Origin: Candidatus Bathyarchaeota archaeon
GTDB lineage: Archaea; Thermoproteota; Bathyarchaeia; TCS64
Direction of reading: 5' to 3'
Assembly (NCBI GenBank): GCA_016783455.1
Contig: JADHWN010000004.1
Span: 27,541 to 91,540 of the forward strand
DNA: 64,000 bases
Shown: positions 1 to 8,700 of the stretch, in pieces
Layout: every line of letters starts with the position of its first letter
Numbering within the stretch: the first letter of the stretch is position 1
The notes under the pieces: generated by a model
Databases searched by the model: none
Seen by the model: the letters and a program-made list of their open reading frames with translations, nothing else
What the model was told of the DNA's origin: nothing
Made by a program: the position numbers and the translations under genes

Positions 1-2
1 AG

Positions 3-1109
3 GTGACCATGGCCCCCAAACGCTACATAGGGGGAACCAACCGGAACTACCCGGCCTACTGGGCTCCCGGAGGCCTCCCCCTCGGTGGGGCCGGCCCCTT
101 CCCCCTCTGGGAGAGGGAGCCCCGGGCTATCGCCGACTTCTGGGCTGACCACCCCAACCTCTCGGGTATCCACACCTTCCACACCAGTGGGGGCCTCATC
201 CTCAGGGAGAGCGCCACCCGCGCCGATAGCTGGTTCGTCGACCAGGGCCTCGAGGCGGACATCGCCGTCTACAAGGTTCTCGCCGACATGGGCCTGGAGC
301 AGACCGGCTACCCCGCGATCAGCATATACGAGGACTTCACATTCGAGGATGACCGTCCCTTCCGCAGGGGATGCGCCACCAGCTTCTTCTACGAGCAGCT
401 CGGGGCCTTCGTTTTCAGCATCGAGCTCTGGGACTGGCCCCGGCTCCTGGGCCACGGAGGCTTCATGGACAGGGGCGGAGTTGACTTCAGCTACAGTGAC
501 CTCAGCGAGGGCGACCAGCTCAAGGAGCTCCACTGGATAGACGAGAACTACCCTGCGGGATTCGTTGATTGGCACACGTACGAGCACCCCCAGCTGGGAC
601 CCGTGGATATCGGGGGAATCAACACCAAGTACACCAGGCGCAACGCCCCGCCAGGCAAGTGGTTGGAGGAGGAGGCCGAGAAGTGCATGATGTTCGCCCT
701 CCGCCACGCAGCGATGCTCCCCAGGCTCAGCATAGCCGAGGCCAAGGCCACCAGGGTCGCCGACACCGTCTACAAGGTGGAGGCGCAGGTGAAGAATCTG
801 GGCTTCATGGCGACGTACGTCACCCAGATCGGGGTCAAGATCAAGGTCTCCAAGCCGGTGATAGCCCAGATCGTGCTCCCCGAGGGCGTGGAGCTCGTCA
901 TGGGTCACGAGAAGGCGGACTTGGGCCACCTTGATGGGCGCTCGGCGAAGCTCCTGAAGCCCCGGGTGGTCGGAGGGGAGGTCATCGACAGGTCCAGGCG
1001 TAACGTCGAGTGGGTCGTCAAGACAGCCTCTGCGGAACCCGTGGAGTTACTCCTCGAGGTGAAGTGCCCCAGGGCAGGGACGGACAGGAAAACCATCACC
1101 CTATCTTAA
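3..1109 (+). CDS. M14-family zinc carboxypeptidase-like protein, C-terminal part (5' end outside window)
   Basis: The ORF is open to the window edge. The segment SGIHTFHTSGGLILRE resembles the third Zn-ligand His region of M14 peptidases. A second, complete M14-like gene lies at 46340. Confidence 0.55.
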   Translation: MTMAPKRYIGGTNRNYPAYWAPGGLPLGGAGPFPLWEREPRAIADFWADHPNLSGIHTFHTSGGLILRESATRADSWFVDQGLEADIAVYKVLADMGLEQTGYPAISIYEDFTFEDDRPFRRGCATSFFYEQLGAFVFSIELWDWPRLLGHGGFMDRGGVDFSYSDLSEGDQLKELHWIDENYPAGFVDWHTYEHPQLGPVDIGGINTKYTRRNAPPGKWLEEEAEKCMMFALRHAAMLPRLSIAEAKATRVADTVYKVEAQVKNLGFMATYVTQIGVKIKVSKPVIAQIVLPEGVELVMGHEKADLGHLDGRSAKLLKPRVVGGEVIDRSRRNVEWVVKTASAEPVELLLEVKCPRAGTDRKTITLS

Positions 1110-1120
1110 TCCCTTTTTTC

Positions 1121-2176
1121 CTACTCTGTGTAGAACCTGTAGACTGTGGTCTGCCCGTAGGTCTCGCCCTCCCTGAGGACCGTGGACGGGAACTCGGGAC
1201 GGTTGGGGGAGTCCGGGAAGTGCTGCGCCTCCAGGCATAGGCCGTGGCGGGGTCCGTATCGCCTCCCCCCTTTCCCGGAGATGTGCGTGGGCAGCTGGTT
1301 CCCCGAGTAGAACTGGACCCCCGGCTCAGTCGTGGACATCTCCATCGCCCTCCCGGTCCCGGGATGGTGAACCCTAGCGACCAGGGAGAGCCCCGGGCCC
1401 ACCCTGTTCAGGACCCAGTTTTGGTCGTATCCCCCCGCTAGCTCCAGCTGCTCATAGTCTACCTCGATCCTCTCACCGATTCCTGTAGGCGTGTTGAAGT
1501 CCATGGGTGTGCCCTCGACGCTCCTGGTCTCACCGGTGGGGATCAGCTCCCCGTCCACGGGGGTGAACCTGTCGGCGAGGAGGGTGAGCTTGTGGTCCAG
1601 GACGTCTCCCCCTCCGGCCAGGTTGAAGTAGGAGTGGTGGCTGAGGTTGACCACCGTCTCCCGGTCCGTCGTCGCCGTGTACTCTATCCTCAGCTCGTCG
1701 TCCTCCGTCAGCAAGTAGGACACCTCGGCCCTCAGGTTCCCTGGGTACCCCTCCTCGCCGTCATGGCTGAGGTAGGTGAGCCTCACACCAGCTGAATCAT
1801 CCTTCTCCAGGGCCTCCGCCCCCCAGACCACCTTGCTGAAGCCCCTGATGCCCCCGTGGAGGTGGTTCCACCTCTCGTTGGCCGTCAGGGTGTACCCGAC
1901 CCCGTTGAGGGTGAAGCGCCCGCCGGCGACACGGTTGGCATACCTCCCGACGATGCACCCGAAGTACGATAGGTCGTCGACATACTCAGGCAGCGTGTCG
2001 TATCCGAGGACGACGTCATCTAGCCTCCCATCCCCGTCGGGCACCTTGAGGGAGACGACTATCCCGCCGTAGTTCGTTATCCGCGCCTCGACTCCACGTC
2101 CGTTCACGATGGTGTACAGCTGGACGGCCTGGCCGTCAGGTGTCTCTCCCCAATCCTGGATTTCGACCTTCATCAC
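1121..2176 (-). CDS. galM: aldose 1-epimerase (galactose mutarotase)
   Basis: 351 aa with the typical mutarotase motifs GRYANRVAGGRFTLNG and NHLHGG, and a length that fits the family. Confidence 0.85.
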   Translation of the reverse strand: MMKVEIQDWGETPDGQAVQLYTIVNGRGVEARITNYGGIVVSLKVPDGDGRLDDVVLGYDTLPEYVDDLSYFGCIVGRYANRVAGGRFTLNGVGYTLTANERWNHLHGGIRGFSKVVWGAEALEKDDSAGVRLTYLSHDGEEGYPGNLRAEVSYLLTEDDELRIEYTATTDRETVVNLSHHSYFNLAGGGDVLDHKLTLLADRFTPVDGELIPTGETRSVEGTPMDFNTPTGIGERIEVDYEQLELAGGYDQNWVLNRVGPGLSLVARVHHPGTGRAMEMSTTEPGVQFYSGNQLPTHISGKGGRRYGPRHGLCLEAQHFPDSPNRPEFPSTVLREGETYGQTTVYRFYTE

Positions 2177-2423
2177 GCGTGAGACCTCGACTAGGCTTCA
2201 TCCTACTATCTTGTTTCAGATTTAATAAGTGAAAACAGATCTGGTTAATTGAGGGCTAGCCCTCAGAGGTGTCCGCTGACTGGATTCCATTAACCCGCAC
2301 GGCCTCTGCACTTGGGGAGACGGATCCCAGTGCCGGGACTGCGAGCTCCAGGGGAGGCTCAACTGCAGGTGGGAGAGGCGGACGCTCATCAAGTTCCTGG
2401 CGATAGTCGCCCCCTTCGTCGCC

Positions 2424-2933
2424 GTGGGCATCCCGGGGATGTACCTCGCGGGCCTCATAACCGGGAGTTGGCGGCTCCAGCTGCTCTACGTTGCCTTCGT
2501 CGTCCTCTTCTTCACTGTCCTCGAGATCAGGGTGCTCTGCAGGCACTGCCCCTTCTACTCGAGGGGCGGCTCCTTCCTCCGATGCTACGCCAACCACGGC
2601 CTCCCCAAGCTCTGGAGCTTCCAGCCTAGGCCCGCGAACATCTGGGAGAAGGCGACCCTGGTCCTCAGCTTCCTCCTCATGGGTGGGACTCCGATCCTGA
2701 TCGAACTCAACGGCCTGGCAATCCTCCACGGCCCCGTCTCCAGGCAGATCTACACGGGTTTGACGTATGCATCGGCTCTGGCGATCGTTGGGTTCTTCAC
2801 CCTCCTCAGCGTCCACTTCTGCCCCCGGTGTGTGAACTTCAGCTGCCCCTTCAACAGGACCCCGCGTGAGCTGAGGCAGAAATACCTCGACAGGAACCCT
2901 GTGATGAGAGAGGCCTGGGCCTCACTTGATTAG
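2424..2933 (+). CDS. Cys-rich integral membrane protein, function unknown (true start probably upstream)
   Basis: Hydrophobic helices plus CRHCPFY and CPRCVNFSCPF motifs. The GTG at 2424 falls inside a predicted helix. The frame is open from 2280 without a canonical start codon. Confidence 0.5.
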   Translation: MGIPGMYLAGLITGSWRLQLLYVAFVVLFFTVLEIRVLCRHCPFYSRGGSFLRCYANHGLPKLWSFQPRPANIWEKATLVLSFLLMGGTPILIELNGLAILHGPVSRQIYTGLTYASALAIVGFFTLLSVHFCPRCVNFSCPFNRTPRELRQKYLDRNPVMREAWASLD

Positions 2934-3266
2934 GGGGAGGCTCCCCGTCACCTTGTCTATGATGTCGGCTCTGTCGGGCCCCAGCCCCAGGGCTGTGACC
3001 GTGCCCGGCGGGACCTCGGTGAGCCCGGCGTCCTGGATGACGGCCCTCACCACGTCCAGCTCATCCGCCTTCGCTATGAGTGCCTCCAGCTCCTCCAGGG
3101 ACTCGGCCTCCAGGGCGACCTTCTTCCCCCCCTCATCCCTCCACCGCATCCAGGCCTTGTGGTTCTCCTTCTTCCCTAGCTCGGAGGCCTCCACGGCCGC
3201 GTGGCTCGCCTGGGCGATGAGCTTCCCCGTGCTCATGCCGAGGTCCAGGCGGAGGACGATACACAT
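2922..3266 (-). CDS. pth2: peptidyl-tRNA hydrolase, archaeal/eukaryotic Pth2 type
   Basis: KMCIVLRLDLGMSTGKLIAQASHAAV...PPGTVTALGLGP is typical of PTH2. I chose the internal ATG at 3266 because it lies just downstream of the aspS stop at 3284. Confidence 0.85.
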   Translation of the reverse strand: MCIVLRLDLGMSTGKLIAQASHAAVEASELGKKENHKAWMRWRDEGGKKVALEAESLEELEALIAKADELDVVRAVIQDAGLTEVPPGTVTALGLGPDRADIIDKVTGSLPLIK

Positions 3267-3283
3267 CTTGTACTTGAGGGCCA

Positions 3284-4567
3284 CTAGGGCACCAGCCTGT
3301 CCCGGTCCCGGGGGAACATGGAGCACTCCCGGATGTTGGTCATCCCCGTCACCGTCATGGTGAGCCGCTCGAGCCCGATGCTCCAGCCCGCGTGGGGGGG
3401 CGCCCCGTAGGCGAAGCTCTCGATGTAGTGGGTGAAGTTGTCGGGGTTGAGCCCCTTCTTCCTGAGCTGCTCCCTGAGGAGCTCCGGCAGGTGGATGCGC
3501 ATGGTCCCGCTGCTGATCTCGATGCCGCTGTAGATGCAGTCGAAGGCGTGGACGACATCGGGGTTCTCCTCATAGGGCATCGCGTAGAACGCCTTCTGAA
3601 CGGACGGCCAGTCCTTTATGAAGAACGCCTCCTTCCCCACCAGCTCCGTGAGCTTCCGCTCCTGCGGCTTCGAGAAGTCGTCCCCCCAGGCGATCTCCTC
3701 CCCGGCATCCTGGAGCATCTCAATGGACTCCGTGTACGTGACATGCCTGAAGGGGAGCTCCGGCACGACTATCTCCCTGCCCAGGATCTCCAGCTCATTG
3801 GGGCATTTCTCCTTCACCGTGACCAGCATGTGTACAAGTATCTCCTCCAGGACCTTCATCACCGTCTCGTCGTCGGCGAAGGCCTGCTCGATATCCATCT
3901 GCCGCACCTCGTTCAGGTGGGTCGGAGTGTTGAACTTCTCAGCCCGCCAGATCGGCGTGATGGTGTAGACCTTCTCAAAGCTGATGGCGCACATCTGCTT
4001 GTAGAGCTGGGGGCTCTGGGCCAGGTAGGCCTGCTTCTCGAAGTAGGGAAGCATGAAGAGGTCGGCGCCGCCCTCCGAGGCGGAGGCGATGACGCATGGG
4101 GGCTGGAACTCCATGTATCCGCGGTCCGTCAGGAAGCCGCGGAAGGCTGTGAGGAGCACGTTCTGTATCTTGAAGATGGAGGATGTGTGCTCCGTCCTGA
4201 AGTCCATGAAGCGGTAGTTGAGCCTGGTGTCCAGCTCCGTCTTGACCTGGCCGAAGAGGTCGAAGGGGAGGGGCTGCTTCGCCTTGTTGACGACCTCGAT
4301 GGAGTCGGGGATGAACTCGACCCCGGTGTTGGCGACCTCGCTTGAGACAGTCCTGCCGGTGACCTTGATGACGTCCTCCCTCCCCAGGTCCTCCACGGCC
4401 TTCCTCATCTCGTCGTCCTTGACGGTCACCTGTATCTCACCCGAGACGTCCCTCAGGATGACGAAGCTGATGTTCCTGAGGACCCGGGTCCTCTTCACCC
4501 ATCCGGCGATGGTCAACGACTCATCTAGGCTCTCCCTTGCCTTCCCGATCTGCGTGCGCTCGAACAT
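3284..4567 (-). CDS. aspS: aspartate--tRNA ligase, archaeal type (class IIb)
   Basis: 427 aa with an N-terminal OB fold, QSPQLYKQ, a RAE...THLNE motif 2 region and the C-terminal FPRDRDRLVP. An AGGAG sequence lies 9 nt upstream of the ATG. Confidence 0.8.
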   Translation of the reverse strand: MFERTQIGKARESLDESLTIAGWVKRTRVLRNISFVILRDVSGEIQVTVKDDEMRKAVEDLGREDVIKVTGRTVSSEVANTGVEFIPDSIEVVNKAKQPLPFDLFGQVKTELDTRLNYRFMDFRTEHTSSIFKIQNVLLTAFRGFLTDRGYMEFQPPCVIASASEGGADLFMLPYFEKQAYLAQSPQLYKQMCAISFEKVYTITPIWRAEKFNTPTHLNEVRQMDIEQAFADDETVMKVLEEILVHMLVTVKEKCPNELEILGREIVVPELPFRHVTYTESIEMLQDAGEEIAWGDDFSKPQERKLTELVGKEAFFIKDWPSVQKAFYAMPYEENPDVVHAFDCIYSGIEISSGTMRIHLPELLREQLRKKGLNPDNFTHYIESFAYGAPPHAGWSIGLERLTMTVTGMTNIRECSMFPRDRDRLVP

Positions 4568-4611
4568 TCATGACGGCTCCTAGCTAAGCCAATGGGTGAA
4601 GAAACCTGAAC

Positions 4612-4622
4612 CCTATAAAAAC
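4612..4622 (-). promoter_or_regulatory. TATA-like box (TTTTTATAGG on the minus strand) upstream of aspS
   Basis: AT-rich box about 45-55 nt upstream of the aspS ATG, in the spacer after the preceding gene. Confidence 0.35.
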
Positions 4623-4630
4623 TTTGGTGG

Positions 4631-5143
4631 CTAGTAGGCGTACTCGACCCGGAGGTCCATCTTGCGGACCTGCTTGGCGATCTCGGTCATGGCGTTTATC
4701 CTCTTCTTGCTGAGGCGCCTCGCCCTCCTCCCCTGGAGGACGACCCGGGTCTCCGTGGTCCCGTCGGGGAGCCAGATGATGTTGATGGTGATGATGTGCT
4801 GGTTCGCGAAGATGTCCTCGAGGAACCCGCGGTCGTTCTGGCTATCCTCGATGACCAGAACCCTCTTCTTGAACTCGTCGCCAAGGTCACGGGTCAGCCT
4901 CCCTTCCTGGTCAATGAACTTGTTTCGGTCCCCGCGGCCCACGACGAGCACGAGGTAACCTCCCACCTCGAACACCCTGTTGAGCCTGGCCTTCTGGAGG
5001 ACGGGGAACTTGTTCTCGTTCTCCAGAAGATAGCGGGCTACCTTGATGTAGTGATCATTGACTTCGCCGCTGCTGACCTTCTCCTGACACTTCGAGCAGA
5101 GCATCCCACTCTTGAGACAGAACTCACATAGTTGCGTTTGCAC
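4631..5143 (-). CDS. NusA-like RNA-binding protein with N-terminal zinc ribbon
   Basis: 170 aa with N-terminal CEFC...CSKC. The overall layout resembles the small crenarchaeal-type NusA-like/KH family. GTG start. Confidence 0.5.
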   Translation of the reverse strand: MQTQLCEFCLKSGMLCSKCQEKVSSGEVNDHYIKVARYLLENENKFPVLQKARLNRVFEVGGYLVLVVGRGDRNKFIDQEGRLTRDLGDEFKKRVLVIEDSQNDRGFLEDIFANQHIITINIIWLPDGTTETRVVLQGRRARRLSKKRINAMTEIAKQVRKMDLRVEYAY

Positions 5144-5200
5144 TCAGCTGATTCCCCCGATCCCTATCGGAGGAGCCAGTGGGAGATGCTCTAACCGTTC

Positions 5201-5476
5201 TCAGCGATGGAGCTTGATCTCTATCGTGCTCACGTTGGTGGGACCCGGGCGGTCCTGGGATGTGAGCTCCTCTGTCCCGATGGAGACATCAGCGACCTTG
5301 AGGTCCGGCATGAACCTGCTCCTGGTCACCTCGACGACATCGACTGCCGTGCTGATGGACCTGCCCCTAGCCTTGATGAAGATCTCCTCCTGTCCGCTCT
5401 TGAACAGGGTCATACAGGCCAGCACGTAGTTCAGGACGGGTTTCCTGCCGATGAAAACGGTGTTAGATCTCGACAC
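5201..5476 (-). CDS. albA: DNA/RNA-binding protein Alba
   Basis: 91 aa. [19 protein letters not shown]...[17 protein letters not shown] is the canonical Alba core. GTG start preceded by GGAGGAG. Confidence 0.9.
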   Translation of the reverse strand: MSRSNTVFIGRKPVLNYVLACMTLFKSGQEEIFIKARGRSISTAVDVVEVTRSRFMPDLKVADVSIGTEELTSQDRPGPTNVSTIEIKLHR

Positions 5477-5688
5477 TTCGACTCCTCCAAGTATCTTCTT
5501 TGTTTAGGTGTGCTATAGGATTGGTTGCCTGTTAAAAAGATTATCGCAATTACTGAATAAACGCACAATTATCCTTTGTTTCACTCTTTTCTAATACTTA
5601 AAGACAAGAAAGCCACCTTTAACCTACAGCTTTTACGCTTTTTCCCAGACAAATAATAAAAGGACGTTAACCTATATGCCTCATTCGA

Positions 5689-5765
5689 GCCGCCGTAGCT
5701 CAGCTCGGTAGAGCGTCTGGCTGTTAACCAGTTGGTCATCGGTTCGATTCCGATCGGCGGCGCCA
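5689..5765 (+). tRNA. tRNA-Asn (GTT), CCA encoded
   Basis: Hand-folded cloverleaf: acceptor GCCGCCG/CGGCGGC, D arm GCTC/GAGC, anticodon loop CTGTTAA, T arm ATCGG-TTCGATT-CCGAT, discriminator G, then CCA. Confidence 0.9.
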
Positions 5766-5778
5766 CAATTTCTCGTGC

Positions 5779-8700
5779 CTAATAATTCATGGAGACATCA
5801 TCATCGGAGACGGTGATCCTCCTGGCCCTCTTGAGATCCGCGCAGACCCTTCGGAGGGTTGAGCTGATGTTGTCGCTCCTCCGTTTGAACCCGAGCAGCC
5901 TAGCTGTCTCGTTCACAAGGGTCTCCTCGCCTATCCCCAGGGAGTGCCCGGCGACCAGGACCATGGCCCGCCTCATCTCCTCGACGGGTATGTGCTCGAT
6001 GGGCCTGAAGGACTCCCCGATCCCCTCGACGGGGACGCGGACGCTCACGGTTCCCCCGGATCCGGGCCAAAGGAAGCTCCGCCTCATGGTTATCGGGCTC
6101 CCGCGGGTGACTCTCCTCACCTCCTCCTGGAAGGCCTCCCTGAAGGGCTGGGTCGCCCTCTTCAGCCTGAAGGCGTCGTTGATCCTCTGGAACGCCTGCT
6201 CCACGTGGATGGGCCCCTCTGCCTTGACCAGCCCAGGGAGGAGGCGCCTCACCTCCGAGTGATACCTCTCAAGGTAGCGCTCCCTGTGCTCCGATGAGTA
6301 GCGGCTGAAGAGGAACTTGGGCTCCAGCTTCGCGAACCTGTAAGGCGTTACCTCTGGGAGGCCGTTCCCGGAGGCCTCCGCCACCTTGCCCGTCTCCACC
6401 GCCATCTCGACCTCAGCCTCCTCCGGCGTCTCTTCGACCTTGGCGGCCTGCTGGACGTCCTCGGCCTTCCTGAGGGCTCTCCCGAGCTTCTTCACCTCGG
6501 TCGTCCGCCTCTGGACCCAGTCGGGGGACCAGACCCTGTGGATCCTCCATCCCAGGCTCTCCAGGACCTGGGTCCTCAACCTGTCACGGTCCCTGGCCAT
6601 GGCGGCGTCCTTGTATGTGTCTCCGTCGCACATGATGCCCAGCATGAACCTGCCGGGATCGACGGGGTCCACCACCCCTATGTCCACCCTGAATGAGCTG
6701 GAGCCTACGCTGGGCACCGCCCTGTAGCCCAGGCGCTCTACCTCCTCCGCCACGTCCGTCTCGAGGGCCGAGGCGTAGCTGAGGTCGGTGGGCTTCCCCG
6801 TATCCAGTTCCTTGGGCCGCTTCTCGGCGTACCTGAGGTAGTGGTGGAGGGCGTGGACTCCCTGGGCGCGGGTGGACTCGGTCTTGATGTCGTCGTGCCT
6901 GATGCTGCTCACCAGGACCACCTTCTCCCTGGCCCTGGTCACTGCGACGTTTAGGCGGCGCTCCCCTCCCTGCTTGTTGAGGGGGCCGAAGTTCATGGTG
7001 ATCCTGCCGTCCCCGTCGTACCCGTAGCCGACGCTGAAGATCATGACGTCCCTCTCGTCGCCCTGGACGTTCTCCAGATTCTTCACGAAGAAGCCGTTGA
7101 GGCGGTCCTCCTGGAAGAAGTCCTCGAACTCGGGGCGGTCCCTGAGCCTCTCCTCCACCGTGTCCTGGACCATGTTCATCTGGGCGATGCTGAAGGTGAC
7201 GACTCCCAGGGTCTTCTCCGGGTGGCGCGCGATGTGGTCGAAGACCAGGTCGGTGACCACCTCCGCCTCCCTGACGTTGTTCCTCCTGCCGCCCCTGTCG
7301 TAGACGCCGTCCTTCACGTGGACGAACTCCAGCCCCAGGTCCTCGGCCCCCATCCGAGATGCAGGGAAGAGAACGAGGCGCCCGTCGTAGAACCTGTCGT
7401 TGCTGAAGCTGATGAGGGAGTCGTGTTTGCTCCTGTAGTGCCACCTGAGCATCTTCACCGGGAGCCCGATGGACATGCACTCGTCCAGGACGCTGTCGAA
7501 GACATCGAACTCGTACTTGTCCTCGTCCCAGTCAAAGTCCTCGTCCACAGTGTACCTGAAGAAGGGGGTCGGCGGCAGCTGCTTCGGGTCCCCCGCCACC
7601 ACGAGTTGGCTCCCCCTGTAAATGGAGCCAACGGCGTCCTCGGAGTAGATCTGGGAGGCCTCGTCGAAGACCACGAGGTCGAAGTGGAGCCCCCCTGGGA
7701 TCAGGAACTGGCTCACGCTGATGGGGCTCATCATGAGGCAGGGCTTCAGCCGGCGGATGAGGCTCGGGATCCGCTCGAAGAGATGCCTCAGGGGCATATG
7801 GCGACGCTTCTTCGCAGCCTCCCGCATCAGGATCGTGATCTCCGAGTCAGGAGCTTGGACGAAGACACCTGTGGGCTTCTGCTCGTTGGCGTTCTCTATA
7901 ACCCTTCCCGCCGAGAGCTGGATGAACTTGCGGTCCAGCTTCCCGAAGTCGGAGATGAGCTGCTCGTGGTCCTTCCCCCTGAAGGTGCTCAGGGCAGGGT
8001 CCACATCGAACACCCTGTCGAGGAGCCCCTGGTACATCGCCTTCTGGAAGACGTTGACCAGCTGATCCCGGGGAACCCCCTGCCCCAGCGTCTTGTCGAG
8101 GAACTTCCCGAGGCCAGCCTCCCTTAGAGCCGTGTTCATGTCGTTGTAGTCAACCCAGGTCTGTAGGTCGTCCAACCTGTCACGCAGCTCCCTGACCCTG
8201 ACATGCACGTCGCCCAGGGCGGGCCTCCGCCTGCTCTCAGGCCAAAGCGGTGAGTTGAACTTGGAGTTCAGCTCGACGATGTGCCCGTCAAGCTGCTCCA
8301 TCCTCTCCCCCACCCGTGGCACCGCAGGGAGGGCGGGTCCCCCCTCGGAGACCGCTCTCTTGAGCTGACCGGAGACGCCGTCGGTGAGGACGCGCAGCAG
8401 CCCCTCCGTCCAGTCGACTGCTCCGAGCACGCTGCCCCAGTCCGTGAGGATCCCCCGATACAGCCCGCCGAAGTGGCTCCTCAGGCTGGGCGAGAGCTCC
8501 TCGACCCGGGCCTCGAACCTCTGCAACTCCTCAACCCTCTTCAGGTCCTCGAGGAGCTCATCGAAACCCCCCGGATGCTCACCCCTACGGGTGGCGAGGG
8601 CCTCGGCGCTGACCCTGGAGAGCGAGGACAGCCTCTCGTCCAATTGGCGGGCCCAGTCCGCGACCTCCTCCAAAGGGCTCCTCTGCATGGGCTTTCCCGT

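Noticed and set aside
6584-8127. Long ORFs antisense to or out of frame with the giant helicase gene (for example 6584-7480 minus, 7222-8127 plus), and similar ORFs elsewhere (12569-13585, 40826-41788, 43031-43645, 45351-46208, 51440-52498, 22236-22904).
   Set aside because: Their translations are Arg/Gly/Pro/Ala-rich and low in complexity, as is typical of non-coding frames in GC-rich DNA. Each fully overlaps an ORF with clear family motifs.
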